Source: Amphiscolops sp. MND2022
Taxonomy: Eukaryota
NCBI GenBank assembly: GCA_964187785.1
Contig: OZ076409.1
Coordinates: 77,006,001-77,070,000 of the forward strand
DNA length: 64,000 bases
Reading direction: 5' to 3'
Below are positions 11,901 to 24,294 of the stretch, piece after piece. The notes under the pieces were generated by a model. It searched no databases, was not told where the DNA came from, and worked only from the letters and a program-made list of their open reading frames with translations. Position 1 is the stretch's first letter, and each line of letters starts with the position of its first letter. A program made the translations under genes and the position numbers.

Positions 11901-13267
11901 TTTCGTCTTTTCCTATTAAACGGGGAAGTCTTGTAGTCGCACCGTAAACCTTTTGTTGCAGGTTCAGAGCTTTGAATGGTCACTCATCTGTGATGAGTTC
12001 TTTCCAGTGAAGTTGGAATTCTTCTATCACCTCATTAGTGATTGTTAGTTTGTTTTGATAGTCTAGGATTTTCCTTTTGGACCAATACACCTAAGTATCT
12101 TGTGTTTTAGACAACTCTAGTTTCTCCTCCAACTTGCATAAGGGACGTGATTCCTGCTTCTATCTTTGCGGGGAAGTTGCCCGTTACGTCTACAGACTGT
12201 GCTTCCGGTGTTATGCTCCTGATACCATCCCTCTCGAAAATTCGTGGTTCTTGCTTCTAAACTTCCAAACCAGTGAGGGGGCATTCCTCCCAGTTGATGA
12301 GTTCCTCAATCGGCTGAATATGAAGAACAAAGTTGCTAAAGCTAGTAGGCAAAAATCAGAAGGCATCCATTCTGGGAAGAAATCTGACAGGTCCGCAGTG
12401 CAGAAGACCGCAGAAACCATCAAGAATGATTTCGTCCGAGACTGCCAAAATTTCATCCAGTTCCTGATAGGGGGTGTTCTTCACCAGGCCGGACTCTGCT
12501 CTAATCTCGTTCGTGGCCTTGCTGCTTTTGACCCTTATATAATGGTAAAAAGGCCCACTGAAGTAGCGTTACGTCACTTCTACTTATTATATCGGACCTT
12601 TCAGCTCAGGTCTTGGGTCAGTCTAGCAAATGAGTCCACCTGCCGGGACGAGTACGTGGAGCTATTGGACCATCTCAAGGCTTCTTCTCTTCCTTCATTC
12701 GATGTTAGCCAGGGATCACCGGATCTTATTGATTTCCTTGTCAATCTTGACTTTATGCAGGAGCATAGTCGTCTGTTATATCTATTCAAGTTGAGTTGTT
12801 TATGCATTACGTCTGAAAGTCCTCAATACCCAACAGTACGTATTGGAACTGCCAACACTACAAGTCATCAGAACAGACTCACAGACGTGGTTTTACCCGT
12901 CCAGAGTTATCTGTCAGGGGTTCCGGACTCCACTGCCTTCTGTATCAGTGACTCTAGTTTGGCTAAGTTTTCCTTTCTTTCTGCCTCCTTCAGTCAAACT
13001 GTCTCATCTGCCTCATACGACCCCTGGACTTCCGTTGACGAGTTTGGTAGGAATAGAATTTACAAGTCCCTTCTTACGTCATATCGTTCTGCCCTTTCTG
13101 GATTAGGTGAAGTGGGCCTCGATGAGACAACGTCTTCCAGCGTTGGAGATATGCCTGCAGTAGTCCCGCCCGGTGACCGCAAACGGAAGCGCATGGAGAG
13201 GAGCAGATCCCGCTCGAGAGCCTCGTCCGTCGTCAGAGAGTCTCCTGCCGGTTGTTCTAAGGACTAA
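8974..13267 (+). pseudogene. Antisense 6-exon zinc-finger gene (hAT-transposase-like) inside element A, ~1257 aa, with one frameshift and one stop
   Basis: Phase-compatible GT-AG exons 8974-8989, 9195-11091, 11170-11655, 11747-11881, 11962-12043, 12111-13267. Finger WCHICKKNFSIRSKG-MEILRRHRTEKH. Frameshift near 10672 and TGA at 11236. Confidence 0.85.
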
Positions 13268-13510
13268 TTGTACATACGTATTTATGTACTTATGAACTGT
13301 AAACTTTGTTATTTTTCTGTTTTGTTGTCTTTTGTATCTCCATTTGTTGCAATGCCTCTGTATTTATTTACCTGAAAGGGGTTCTTCGGTTGTCCCATTA
13401 TTCATTCAAAAAATACCATGTTGCATGGGACTGAAAAAATAAAAGAAATGAAATGATAGAAGAAAAGGAATAGGTCCAAGGCTTGTCACCTGGCCAAAAT
13501 TCAATCTTTT

Positions 13511-16500
13511 CTAGTATCTAAAGTCTTCTGAGTAGTTTGGGTTAGGGTTAGGCCTGAGATTATATTTCCCTCCTCTAGGGCTCAGACTTTCATTTCTAGC
13601 ATCGTTTTCAGGTATTTCGGGCACGTATTTTGTGCGTCATTTTCATTCGTCTAAATTCTTTCTGGGAGAATTTCATCATTTTTTGGTCTTTTATCCGTAT
13701 TCGGTAAAGTTTTTTCTCGTCCTTTGGGGTAAACGGCCGGATTCGGCCAATCAGATTTGCTGTTGCTAGTCGCTTCACTAGCTTCATTCCTTTTTGTGAC
13801 GTCATGATTTAATCTTTCATTCCGGTTCCGCGCCGCGTGGTCAGCGTAGTTTGTTTTGCCTCTCGTGATTATGTAATCCGCTTCATTCTCGGCTACGTCA
13901 TTTGTATTCGTTTCTGCCGCATTCGGTCGTTCGCCATTCGACATGCTGGTCGGAATAGTCTCGTTGCCTCGTGTAACTAGCTGCTCGCCAAAGTCGGTTT
14001 CCCACGTTATGACGTATAAATCATCTTGCGGAATGACAATTTCTTCGTCTGGCTGCAACTGTTGTTCTTGGAAATTGTCCTCAAGAGGCTAATTAGGGAC
14101 AAACTTTTTAAGACGAATGCGATGCAAAATTTGGGTTTTGTTCGTAGTGATCCGTCTTACTATATAGTTTTCATTTGGCAAAACCTTTTGGACTACAAAT
14201 GGTCCAACCCAACGGTAATCGCGGAATGGAATTTTTGATCCCTGATTGTCCGCTTTCGGCTGTAGGACAAAACAGTATTCGTTCTCCTTTAGTGGAGCGG
14301 CTTTTGCTTTGCGGTCGTAATATTCTTTGTACTTGATATACGAACTGCATAATGTTCTGCTTTGTTTTGTCAATCAGGATTTTTGTCCGGTTTTGGATCT
14401 CTTCAGCAAATTCGGTTGTGGGGTTAATTTGCTCGTTTGGATTATTTCCAAGCTTGTGATCCAAAATATTAAATGGAATTCTTCCATGAAATACTCTCGT
14501 TGGCTCACAACCGATGCTGGCGTGATAGCTTGTATTATGGTTCAGTACTGCTAATGGCAAGTATTTGTGCCACTGTCGGCGATATTCCCCACATGCCATT
14601 TTGAGATTTGTTTTCAATGAGGCATGAGTTCGCTCCAATTTCCCAATTGTCTGCGGGTGTTTTGTCGTTGCACATTTGAGTGTGATGCCCAAAATCTGCG
14701 TAACCTCCGCAATAATTGTAGAAGTAAATGCAGTACCTTTATCAGTGATAAGAGTAGTTGGTAGATATGAGTGTTTAGTCATAATGTCAATGAGCGCTTT
14801 TGCTACATTGATCGCTGATGCGTCCGTAAGGGGATAGGCGAACAAATATCTGGAGAATACATCAATTGCTGTTAAGACGTTTTCATATCCTCCACTTGGT
14901 GGAAGATTCGGCAATAGGTCTATTTGCATGGCGTCTTCAGGTCCGAGGTCCCATTCGGGCAAGTTAAGCAGCTCAGGTGTGATCGTTGCGTTAGGGACTC
15001 TTTTGTCTCTGGCACATTGTTCGCACCCTTCTACCCACTTTTTGACGTGTTTAGCCATGCTAGGGTAGTAATACCTCTGTCGAATTTCCTGCAGCATTTT
15101 TGAAATCCCAGGATGTTTATGCGCTGTCCCGTGAAGAGATTGGAGCAATTCTTGGAGTAAATGTTGCGGGAGTGAAATTTGATGGTATTTCACATTCCCT
15201 GATTCATCGAAATATTGCCTTGTCAGGATTTCGTCCTTTAGTACAATTCGTTCCAGATTGTTTGCGTAATGTCTATATCGGGCATCCTGGTGCAGTAGAT
15301 TTTCTGAATACTCTTCATGAAGCAGTTTTGCTTTCAGTTGTTGTAGTACCGCATCTTTGGATTGCTCGATAATGATCTGGTTCGTTTTCCTCAATCGGAC
15401 TTGTATATCGGGGTGTTGCTTGACCAGATTTGTTGACAGAATTTGTATAGTAACAGTGGGCTCATCAGTTGCTGGATTTTTCCTGATTGCTTCTTTTCTT
15501 GCCCAAAACTGTTCTTCTGTCTCATCGTCGTCATCGGTGTAGAAGATTTGTTCTTCCTGCGACACCCCTGCGGATTGGACATTGATTTCGATTGGTAGTG
15601 TCTGTACGTCTTCACGAATTTTCATCACCAATTTGTCCTTTGGATCTGCTTCCAATCGGGACAAATAGTCGGCGGCTGTATTTTGTGCCCCTGGGATGTG
15701 TGCTATGACAAAATTGAATTGAATGACGTAATCACACGCGTTCCACAGGGCTTGGGGTATTATTTTCGTTTGGAAAAATCTCGTGACAGCTTTGTTGTCC
15801 GTAATGATGATGACCGGTTTCGGCGCACCCCAGAAGATATGTCCGAATTCTTTGAATGCAAAATAAATTGCAAGGAATTCCTTGGCATAAATTGACATTT
15901 TGATCTGTGCTGGGGTGAAAGTTTTTGATCCGTACGCGACTGGTGCATACGATTTTCTGAGTGAGGTAAATTTCTGGCTTGGGTCGTCTTCGATTAGGAC
16001 CGCGTACCCGGCTGCACCAAAACTTGCATCAGTCATTAGTGCTATTTGTTTGTTCGGAATGGGTTGTTGTAGGGCCAGGTCGCAACATTTGTCTAGTGCT
16101 CTATTGATTTCTTCGAATTGTTGGACTAATTCTTTCGATACTAGGACCTTTTCGTCACTTTTGAGCATCTTGTAGAATGGAGCAAGGCGTTCGGAGAGTC
16201 TTGGGACATAATTCCTGTAATAGTTTAGGAATCCCAAGTAGCGCTGTAAAGCCTTTTTCGACTTCGGGAATTTAGTCTTTTCCAGAAAGTTTTGCACATT
16301 CTGTTTCTGGGGTTTGACGCCTTGTGGGGTAATAGTCCGTCCGAGAAAATCGATTTCTTTTGCACCGAAGTGACATTTGTGCATTGTTAACTTAAGGCCT
16401 GCTTCCTGAATGCATTTGAATGTAGCTCTCAGGTTCGTCATGAGGTGGTCAACATCATTGGCTGCGATGCCAATATCGTCCACATACTGGGCACACTGAT

Positions 16501-18697
16501 CCGCTTTGATGACTTTGTCAAGGTATTCCCTCATGAAACTCGAGAATGCGGATAGTGACCGACTAAGGCCTTGTGCCAAACGTCTGTAGGCGAATGTGCG
16601 ACTGGCAAAATTGAAAGCCAACATTTCGATTGAACGTTGGTCAGCCATTGGTAGGCAGTGGTATGCCTGCGAACAGTCTAATTTACAGAACAGTTTTTTG
16701 CCTGCCAAATGTTGGGCGGCATCAACTAGTGTACTGACGGGATGATTGTTGTTGATATAATCATCCGAGATGAGGTTGTTGATTTTTCTCAAGTCAACCA
16801 AGAGTCGGAGTTTCCCGTTCGGTTTCTTTTGTGCCAATATTGGGCTCGCGTATTTCGAAAATGGCAGTGTAGTTATTATGCCATATTTGTGTAACATTTG
16901 TGGCTAATTCGACTAGGATGTCCTCCTTCAGATTGATAGGAGCTGGAAGGCTTTGACTATAGGCTGGGGAATCGTCCTTAGGTGTCAGTTTCACTTTGAA
17001 TTCCTCGTTCATGCCTATATCAAATCGGTGTCGTGCAAAGATGTCATAGAATTCCACTAACAATTCCTCAATTTTCTCCTTCTCTTCAGGAGTAAGGGTG
17101 GAATCTTTCCAGTCAAAGTTTTCTAAGAATTTTGCACGCGATTCTGCATCTGTGGTGGGGTCGAGTGTCTCCAGGTCCTGTAAGGCCTGTAACTCGCGTA
17201 GGATTCGTTTTTGTATAGGTGTGTGTTCCTCAGGATTTCCAGGGTTTTCTGGAGTTGGGAACCAATAATTTTCGGAGTTTTGTGGATTTCTATTGGTTTT
17301 GATGAGACTGCTGACATAATGGGCTGCTTGCTCCTGGTCATTCTGCAAAAGGTGCCAGGTTGATGCCGGGTCTACCAGTTTGACATACTTCATCTGTTCT
17401 GGCGTCATGACAGAGAAATTGGCAATATGTAGTCCCTTTTTGAGTTTATAAGGGTGGTCTGTGAAGTTGCTCACTGGTATCGATATATTGCCGTCATTCA
17501 GAGTGACCAAGGCTGGGCAGAATGTGATGTCGCCTTCTTCATGTAGGAGGTCGCTCGGTTGCAAAATCCCAGTGACAGCATTTTCAGGGTATAGTAAGGA
17601 ATTAGTCCGGATTAGGACTCTGTCATTTGGTGGAATGGTTATTTCAGCAGGGTTGAGGATTGGTTCAAGTACGTTTGAGTACTTATGGTCAGCTGTTTTG
17701 AGCTGCATTGAAAAGAACGGGAAATTCAAAATTCCTTGTCTCATGTCCAGTACTGTATGATTTCGTTGAAGGAACATTAGTCCAATGATCGGTCCCGTCA
17801 GATGTTCCATCACTATGAAGATTTAATGGAACTCAATGTCACCAACTTCGAATTTGAGCTCGATGGTACTCTTAGGAGTTTCCAGTTGCCCATTAGCGAC
17901 CATGATTTGGAAATTCGGAGGCGGACCTTCCCGGATAACGGATTGTGGAGATAAAAGTCGAATTTTCCGGAGGTCCATTTCAGGAATTGCACTGGACAGC
18001 GCTCCAGTGTCAATAAGTCCATCTATGGTCAATTCCCCAAAGTCCATTGGGAAATACAACATGCGTTTTTTGCATTTGAGGTTGATGTTGGTTGACAGGG
18101 GTATACAGTCTGGTTCACCGTCTCTGGTGATTAAGACATTTTGGAACTGTTTTTCGTCTAGCAATGATTGTGGTATGGGTTCAATGTTGCTGTCATGGGT
18201 CTCAGTCCCCAATGGGTTTGGGAACACTGGATGGTTTGTGCCATCATTCTTTTGCCAGTTTTCAATTAGCGCTCTTGTTTTCTTGTTATGGGTAATTGGA
18301 GGGTTCTCGTGGGCTGTTCTATTATAATGTTCAGTATCGTCCAGAACATATTGAAATTGCAGTAAATCTTGGTTGTAAAGCTCGGTGTCCCAGTAGGGAT
18401 CTCTGCCGTAGTCTGGATCGATGTATGTCGGATTGTAATCATCGATTAGGGGAATGGGCCTGAAGCGGGTGGTGAAGGTAGTGGTGTAATCAGGGTCCCA
18501 AACAGGAATTGGTTTCTGGAATAAATGGGTGTTATTGTAGGTGATGATGGTAGCTTTTTCCATCTGTTGCTGCCAGACAACAGAGGGATAGCCCATCAAT
18601 TGCTGATTGTATTGGTGGAAAGTTTGCGTTGGAGGGTCCGATCTGATGTATTGTCGGACAGATATTAGTTCGTTATATTGGAGTCGTGGCGAAGTTA
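13511..18697 (-). pseudogene. pol: pol of element A (protease, RT, RNase H, integrase), frameshifted
   Basis: LIDTGA protease, YVDD RT, TDAS RNase H, H-HPG-CxxC and D..D..E integrase, WVGPF motif; split over several ORFs. Confidence 0.95.
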
Positions 18698-20412
18698 GTT
18701 TTTTGACTCATCATTAGGATATGAGGATTGGGAGCCCGATGATGTCGGTTTGGTCTGAGGTTTCTGAGCCTTTGGATTGAAAAGTCTTTATTCTCAGTTG
18801 AGTCCTCAGGTCTAGTGCGTTTGGGTTTAAGATGTGCACCAGCAACTTGCCAACATCGTTCTTCCGGGTGGTTCTTTTTGCCACAAGTGCCACACTCCGG
18901 GTATGTTTTCTTCTGCGTTGACTTGCCTTGTTGGGCATCTTTCTCTTTTTCTTTTTCAGTTTTTCGCAGTCTTTGACCATGTGGCCTTTTTCCTTGCAAT
19001 AAGTGCAAGTAATGTCTGACATTTGCCCAGTGGACAGAGGAGTTTTAGATTTTGTAGTCGAGGAGGTCATTGTGGCCTATTGGTAGGTCATCTGATTCCT
19101 CAAGGGCGTTGAGTTCCAACTCTCTCTCCAAATGAGCAACAATTTCATCATATGAGCCATTTTCTAGTCTGGCCATGTTGACAGACCGCTTCAACTTAGG
19201 TGGCAATTTTGCATAGAGCAAGCTGTCAATCATTTTCTGTGCATGATCACCAAACGCCTTCTCGGCTCCCTGGTTTAATTCTTCGAGAAAATCAGGCAGC
19301 TTCATCGTATTGGGATCGAAGACTAGGCGGTGCCATTTATGTTTGGCAGTCGCCTGTGACTCGGGTTTGACGTATTTCCGTCTAAAGATGACTAGTACGT
19401 CCTCTAGAGTTTGTCGGTTGCTTGAGCTGATATTTCTGAACGTCTGAAGAGCATTCTTCCTCAATAAAGAGTGGAAGTGATTGATCTTCATTTGCTCAGT
19501 CATTTCTGGCTGCATCTTGATCATAGTGTGAAATAGGTCTTCGAACAGCTCGAATTTCTCACTTTTGCCATCGAATGTCATGGTATTTGAGTTGACTGGG
19601 CGTATGGTGAGTTGTTGGGCTGTCAGTCTAATTTGCATTGTAGTCAAGACGTCTGCCAGTCGGGTGATGGGGTCGGAGTCAGCAGCCGTAGCGATTCTCT
19701 CTTGTGCTGGGATCGTCGTGTCGAGGTTGATGTCCTCAAAGGACCTGTCGAGATGATTTCGGGATGAGATGCGTCCTGAGAGAAACTCAGGAACTGGATT
19801 TGTAGATTCGTTGTCTCCTGTCACCATGTCATGAACATTTAGGTCAGGGTAATCACCGTTCAATTGATTCACATATTGTTCGTTTCTTAAGCTACTCTTT
19901 GCGTTAAGGTTTCGCTGAACTTCGGAATTTGGTTCCGGTCCCTCGGCCGGAACGTCCCATCCCTTTCTGATCCTGTGTCCTGGTTCGGCCATTATAACAT
20001 TTTGGATTTGAGGAAGTACTTGAGTACTTATCGCGTCGTTTATGGCTCTCTGTATTTGGACACTTACGGAATTCATCATCTCATCCATTTCCCGTGAAAT
20101 ACGAGAGTTCAGTTCGCTAGACAATCTGTTTATTTCAGCGCTAGAATCACCTGTGATAGAATTGCGATCACACTCGGCATTCATCCTAGGTTCAATATTT
20201 CCCCTGGGTCTACTTCCGTTCCCGTCCCCATTGTCAGACTCATTACTAGCAAAACTCCTAGACCTCCTAGGTAAATTGCTATTCAGGCTACCTTCTCTTT
20301 CTCGTGCACCAAAATGGTTTTCGCCTAACATGATATCCAGATTTTCAATATCTGATAACATCTCAAGTCCTCTAGACTTTCTTGCTTTCTTTTGCTTTCT
20401 AGTGGTAGGCAT
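18695..20412 (-). pseudogene. gag: gag of element A (zinc knuckles, frameshifted in 3' part)
   Basis: Retrotransposon Gag core (TFDGKSEKFELFEDLF), knuckles CTYCKEKGHMVKDC and CGTCGKKNHPEERC; slippery A AAA AAC (18704-18698) just before TAA. Confidence 0.9.
19815..19826 (-). other. Primer binding site TGGTGACAGGAG (tRNA-Leu-like, inferred)
   Basis: Immediately follows the LTR-terminal CA; the same 12-mer follows the LTRs of B and D. Confidence 0.85.
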
Positions 20413-21684
20413 TAAGACAGAACCGGGTTGAATAATTCAATTATCAAAACCGGAAAACTGACAAAAGTCGTTGTATTAATTCAATCTTTATCAAAGTAAA
20501 GGTATGGGATTTGTGTCCTTTTTTACAGAAATATAGCTATATATACTCCTAAAAAGATGACACTCACATTCCACAAATTCTTTGATCAAGAAAACATCAT
20601 ATGACTATGGCCTCAACGGGTCATGTGACAAGTGTTATTACAGCATCGGGTAGGGTGTTCAACACTTCAAAGCAGATATTTTAGGGTGATGTCCCGATTG
20701 GGAAAATTCCTAGTTTCAGGGTAGTCCTTAGGAATTCAACATCAAAAGAATGATATTTAACAGGGTACACAAGCAGCACCTTCAAGTGTCGTGTTTATAA
20801 ACATCATCAACATCATCCTGTCAACAAATACCAATGTCTATTGAAGGAATGCAAAAGGCATCTCTTCGGAATGTGCTTGTGGCACGCGTTACCACGCGCC
20901 TATTATTCAACGTGAGTAGGAACTAGATTAAATATTACATGATCAGTTCTGCTTAAAATAATACAGCATTATTAAAATAACACACTTTCTGACAATGCCG
21001 AAGATGGACAAATCCGGTTTATTAATTCAGCACTGTAATAAAAGAGGGAAAAAGCCTTATTCGGCTTTTGAGTGAGTACTAGGTTTATTAAGCTCATTGC
21101 GCGGCATTGGGGCTTTCATTCATTATTAAGAGTACATTTACAGTAATTTACGATTAGTACACCCAATTAACACACATACAGGCTATTCCAACGAAGTGGC
21201 CGGAACCGGCCGTTTGACTAAAAGGCACAATTATTGAGTCAATTGGCCATACTCGGCCATTACATAATCAAAGTGGTATTACTTATAGAAAAGGAGCAAC
21301 GTGATTGGCTAAGGAGTTGAGCTCAAGTGACGTCTCCGAAATAGGAGTTTCGTTCACTTGAACTCGTTTCCTTTCTACTGTACAGCTACATTGTCACGTA
21401 TTACGTTTACAATAGCAAAGCGCCTTTCAATCTTTTGAAGTTACAAATACACTATTTGAATCTTCAAATGTGACTTTTAACAGACTAATTTTACAATTGC
21501 AAGTATATATATATCGAAGCTAACAACATCAACAAACATATTACGTATTGAATAACAAAACAGTATGAAAGTTCTAAGTTTGTAAATTATCCCAATTAAT
21601 AAATGGGTAATGTTCCGGGTACGAATTCTTGTCCAGTTGCCGACGTTGTCACACTCGTACCGTCACAGGCGGCAGCCTGCGACA
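19827..21684 (-). repeat. 5' LTR of element A (1858 bp)
   Basis: Direct repeat of 5534-7394, followed by the PBS. Confidence 0.95.
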
Positions 21685-23268
21685 CGTAACATGATTGACT
21701 GAGACATGTTCTGGCTTTAACGAATCATATTTGTGTTTGTTTGGAACTACCAGGAACATTAGGAATTTCATTACCTTGTTTTCTACTGTAAGGTAATTCG
21801 ATTCCATTCTAGTAAGGATTGCTTTTCTATTTGATCTATGCTAACTTATTGCTTTTTGTCAAGTTTTTTTCGTATATTCTTGTATAATTGACCGAATGAA
21901 GTTTTTGATGTTTGGATAGTTCGTTTTACAAGATCGGTACTACATCCAATAATACTTTTCATACCATTTTTTACCTGTAAAGTCTATTTTCATGCCTTTT
22001 TCGAGTCTTTGAGTTTGTATACAGTGACTTGAAATATCTAGGAGCTGTTCCGTTTTTGTCCTGGGTTCTTATTTTCTTCTGTTCGAAACTTCAAGCGATT
22101 TTTGCATTGTTCGATGAGCCTGGTTATCGTCGTCAACGATATGGGTTCATTGTGTAGTTATTGTATAGTCATACTTTTGTGTTATTACTTGATGAACATA
22201 AACACAAATGCAGCAACGAAAGACAAATAATTGATATTGTACAACGCCAAAAATAAAAAAGTAAAATCTGTTGTCAGTATAGTTAAATACAATAGATTTC
22301 CTATATATCCCTGTTCACAAGCCCCAAATTTGAGAAATTAATTCGAGGCTTTAGATCAAAAAGTGACAAAAAATGAAGCAGCATAGTTATAACGTGAAAG
22401 TTTTGGAAGCATCCAAGACTGAGATAGAGATCATAAATGTTGGAAGAAGTTTTCAAATGAAATTGTGTTTGAACGATTAAAATAGGCATATTCTTCGAAT
22501 ATTTACAGTCTTTTCTCAACATCGAGAGTTTAATCTCACAAAATACTCTTGTTGAGCGTCAATTAGAATAGAATTGAGCGACCTGTGCAGTAACAAGATT
22601 GGTCGAAAAAAAAGTTTCCCATAGCTGAAAAATAAGAATAATATTTTTTGCATGACATTCTTGAGAAATGGAGAATATAATTTTTTCTCCGAATAACTTT
22701 GTCCCTACTCATATCGCTCAATGCTAATCCAATTGACCCTTAAAATGACTATTTTGTAAGATTGCTTTCAATTCATTTCTTTTGCGAAGTTCATGATGGG
22801 ATTATCATGTAACATTTTTGAATCATTGCATTGTTTTCTGTTGTCCTAGTATCGTTAAACATTCATACTGAACAATCCTCATTATTTCATCATCAATTAT
22901 GTTTGTTTTTCTGTTAGTTGATTATTATAGATCTAAGTTCAGCTTTCAACTATTTTAGTGGGTGGCATAAAGAAGTATCTCGTTTCAATCTTGGTAATTT
23001 CAAGTCAGTGCAGTTCATGGAAACAAAAACTACATTTTGCCATCAAGACTATAAGATAAACGAGTTTTTTGAAGATTGTATTGAATCAGCTTTGTTGACT
23101 CCGAAATTTATCATCTAATTTTGGCAAAGATACGATTTTATTCTTTTAAAATTTTAACTTTAAACTTGTTTTTATAACTTTTTCAAAAATTCAACTGCAA
23201 CCTTTGTTTTTATTTTTGAGCAACCGTGACTGCACTGCTGAAATGTTTAGTTGCGAGGCCCTCAGAAG

Positions 23269-24294
23269 ATGTCGATCGGAAACTCTAGACATGATTTGTC
23301 TTATTCGGATCATTCTACTGCATCAGCCTTGAGCCCGGGACTAACAACACGGCGTTCTCGAGGCATGTACCAGAAACAGACGTTCACTTTCGAACACTCC
23401 GAAAAACGAGATTCCGAGACAACCACGCAGTCAGAAGTTATGTCATCCTCAAGAGGTCAAAGGGTTAGAGCCACATCATCAAGTGCCCACTCAAATGAAA
23501 GTTTCGGCGAGTCGACCCGGAGTCTCACTTTACCCAGAAAACCAGAGGGAGAAACGATCAATAAAAATTGGATCAAGATATTGAAAGATAACAATCAACA
23601 ACCGGAAGATGATCCAAGAAAAGATATGATGAAAAAGTTGATAGACAAAAGATTTGGCCTTGAAACGAATCATGAACCAGTGAAACGGAGAGCACGACGT
23701 GCAAGAACTAGAACAAGTTCTTCTATTTCCAGCAGTGCCGCCACCGGTGACGAAAATATACCAGACGAAAATGAGGAAAAACTGCAACGAAGTGTTTCAA
23801 ATGTCGACATTTCAACAATTGCGCTACAAGAGGATGAACAGCTGGAACAGTCCAACTTGGTTCGCAAAACAGAAAGCTGTGATATAGTTCCTACATCTGA
23901 CTATATTTCACAGAGAATGGTTGTGCCCAAATATGACGAAAGCGAAAGAGAAAGCTCAGAAGAAGTGAAGGTTCTGACATCCCCCGAAAACTCAACCAAA
24001 GTTTTAGTCACGACAAACCGAAGCACTGAAGATATAACTAAGAGCGCAAGTCCTAATCAAATAGTTATAAATATTTTATCTTCGAACCCAGAGAATTCTT
24101 CAGCAACAAGTATCAACGTAGTATCTGAAGCCAATGGTGTTACCAACGTGTATGTTGGCACAATGCCAGCGGTTGTTGCGCCGAATGATAGACCAGTGAT
24201 TACGTCAGAACCAGAGGCCGTTGAAGTGAGCGACAAAAAACCATTGATGGATCAAAAGGAAGAAAAGAAGAAAAAATGTTGTTTCTGCTTCTAA
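23269..24294 (+). CDS. Probable host gene or terminal exon: Ser/Thr/Glu-rich disordered protein ending KKKKCCFCF
   Basis: Intact ~341-codon ORF with no TE motifs, in AT-rich flanks; possible splice acceptor at 23250. Confidence 0.6.
   Translation: MSIGNSRHDLSYSDHSTASALSPGLTTRRSRGMYQKQTFTFEHSEKRDSETTTQSEVMSSSRGQRVRATSSSAHSNESFGESTRSLTLPRKPEGETINKNWIKILKDNNQQPEDDPRKDMMKKLIDKRFGLETNHEPVKRRARRARTRTSSSISSSAATGDENIPDENEEKLQRSVSNVDISTIALQEDEQLEQSNLVRKTESCDIVPTSDYISQRMVVPKYDESERESSEEVKVLTSPENSTKVLVTTNRSTEDITKSASPNQIVINILSSNPENSSATSINVVSEANGVTNVYVGTMPAVVAPNDRPVITSEPEAVEVSDKKPLMDQKEEKKKKCCFCF

Larger units (their letters stand above)
5534..21684 (-). mobile_element. Element A: complete 16.2-kb Ty3/gypsy LTR retrotransposon
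   Basis: Two ~99% identical LTRs with TG...CA ends, 5-bp TSD CGTAA (5529-5533, 21685-21689), PBS, gag, and PR-RT-RH-IN domain order. Confidence 0.97.

Noticed and set aside
8974..13267. Nested autonomous DNA transposon or ordinary host gene
   Set aside because: No TIR/TSD noticed, and homologs occupy the same position and orientation in three gypsy families.
13539..13552. Telomere-like GGGTTAGGGTTAGG
   Set aside because: It is the antisense of the pol C-terminal codons RPNPNPNY; only two units.
14026..18327. Many 60-160 aa ORFs antisense to pol genes
   Set aside because: Shadow ORFs of real coding frames with no independent features.
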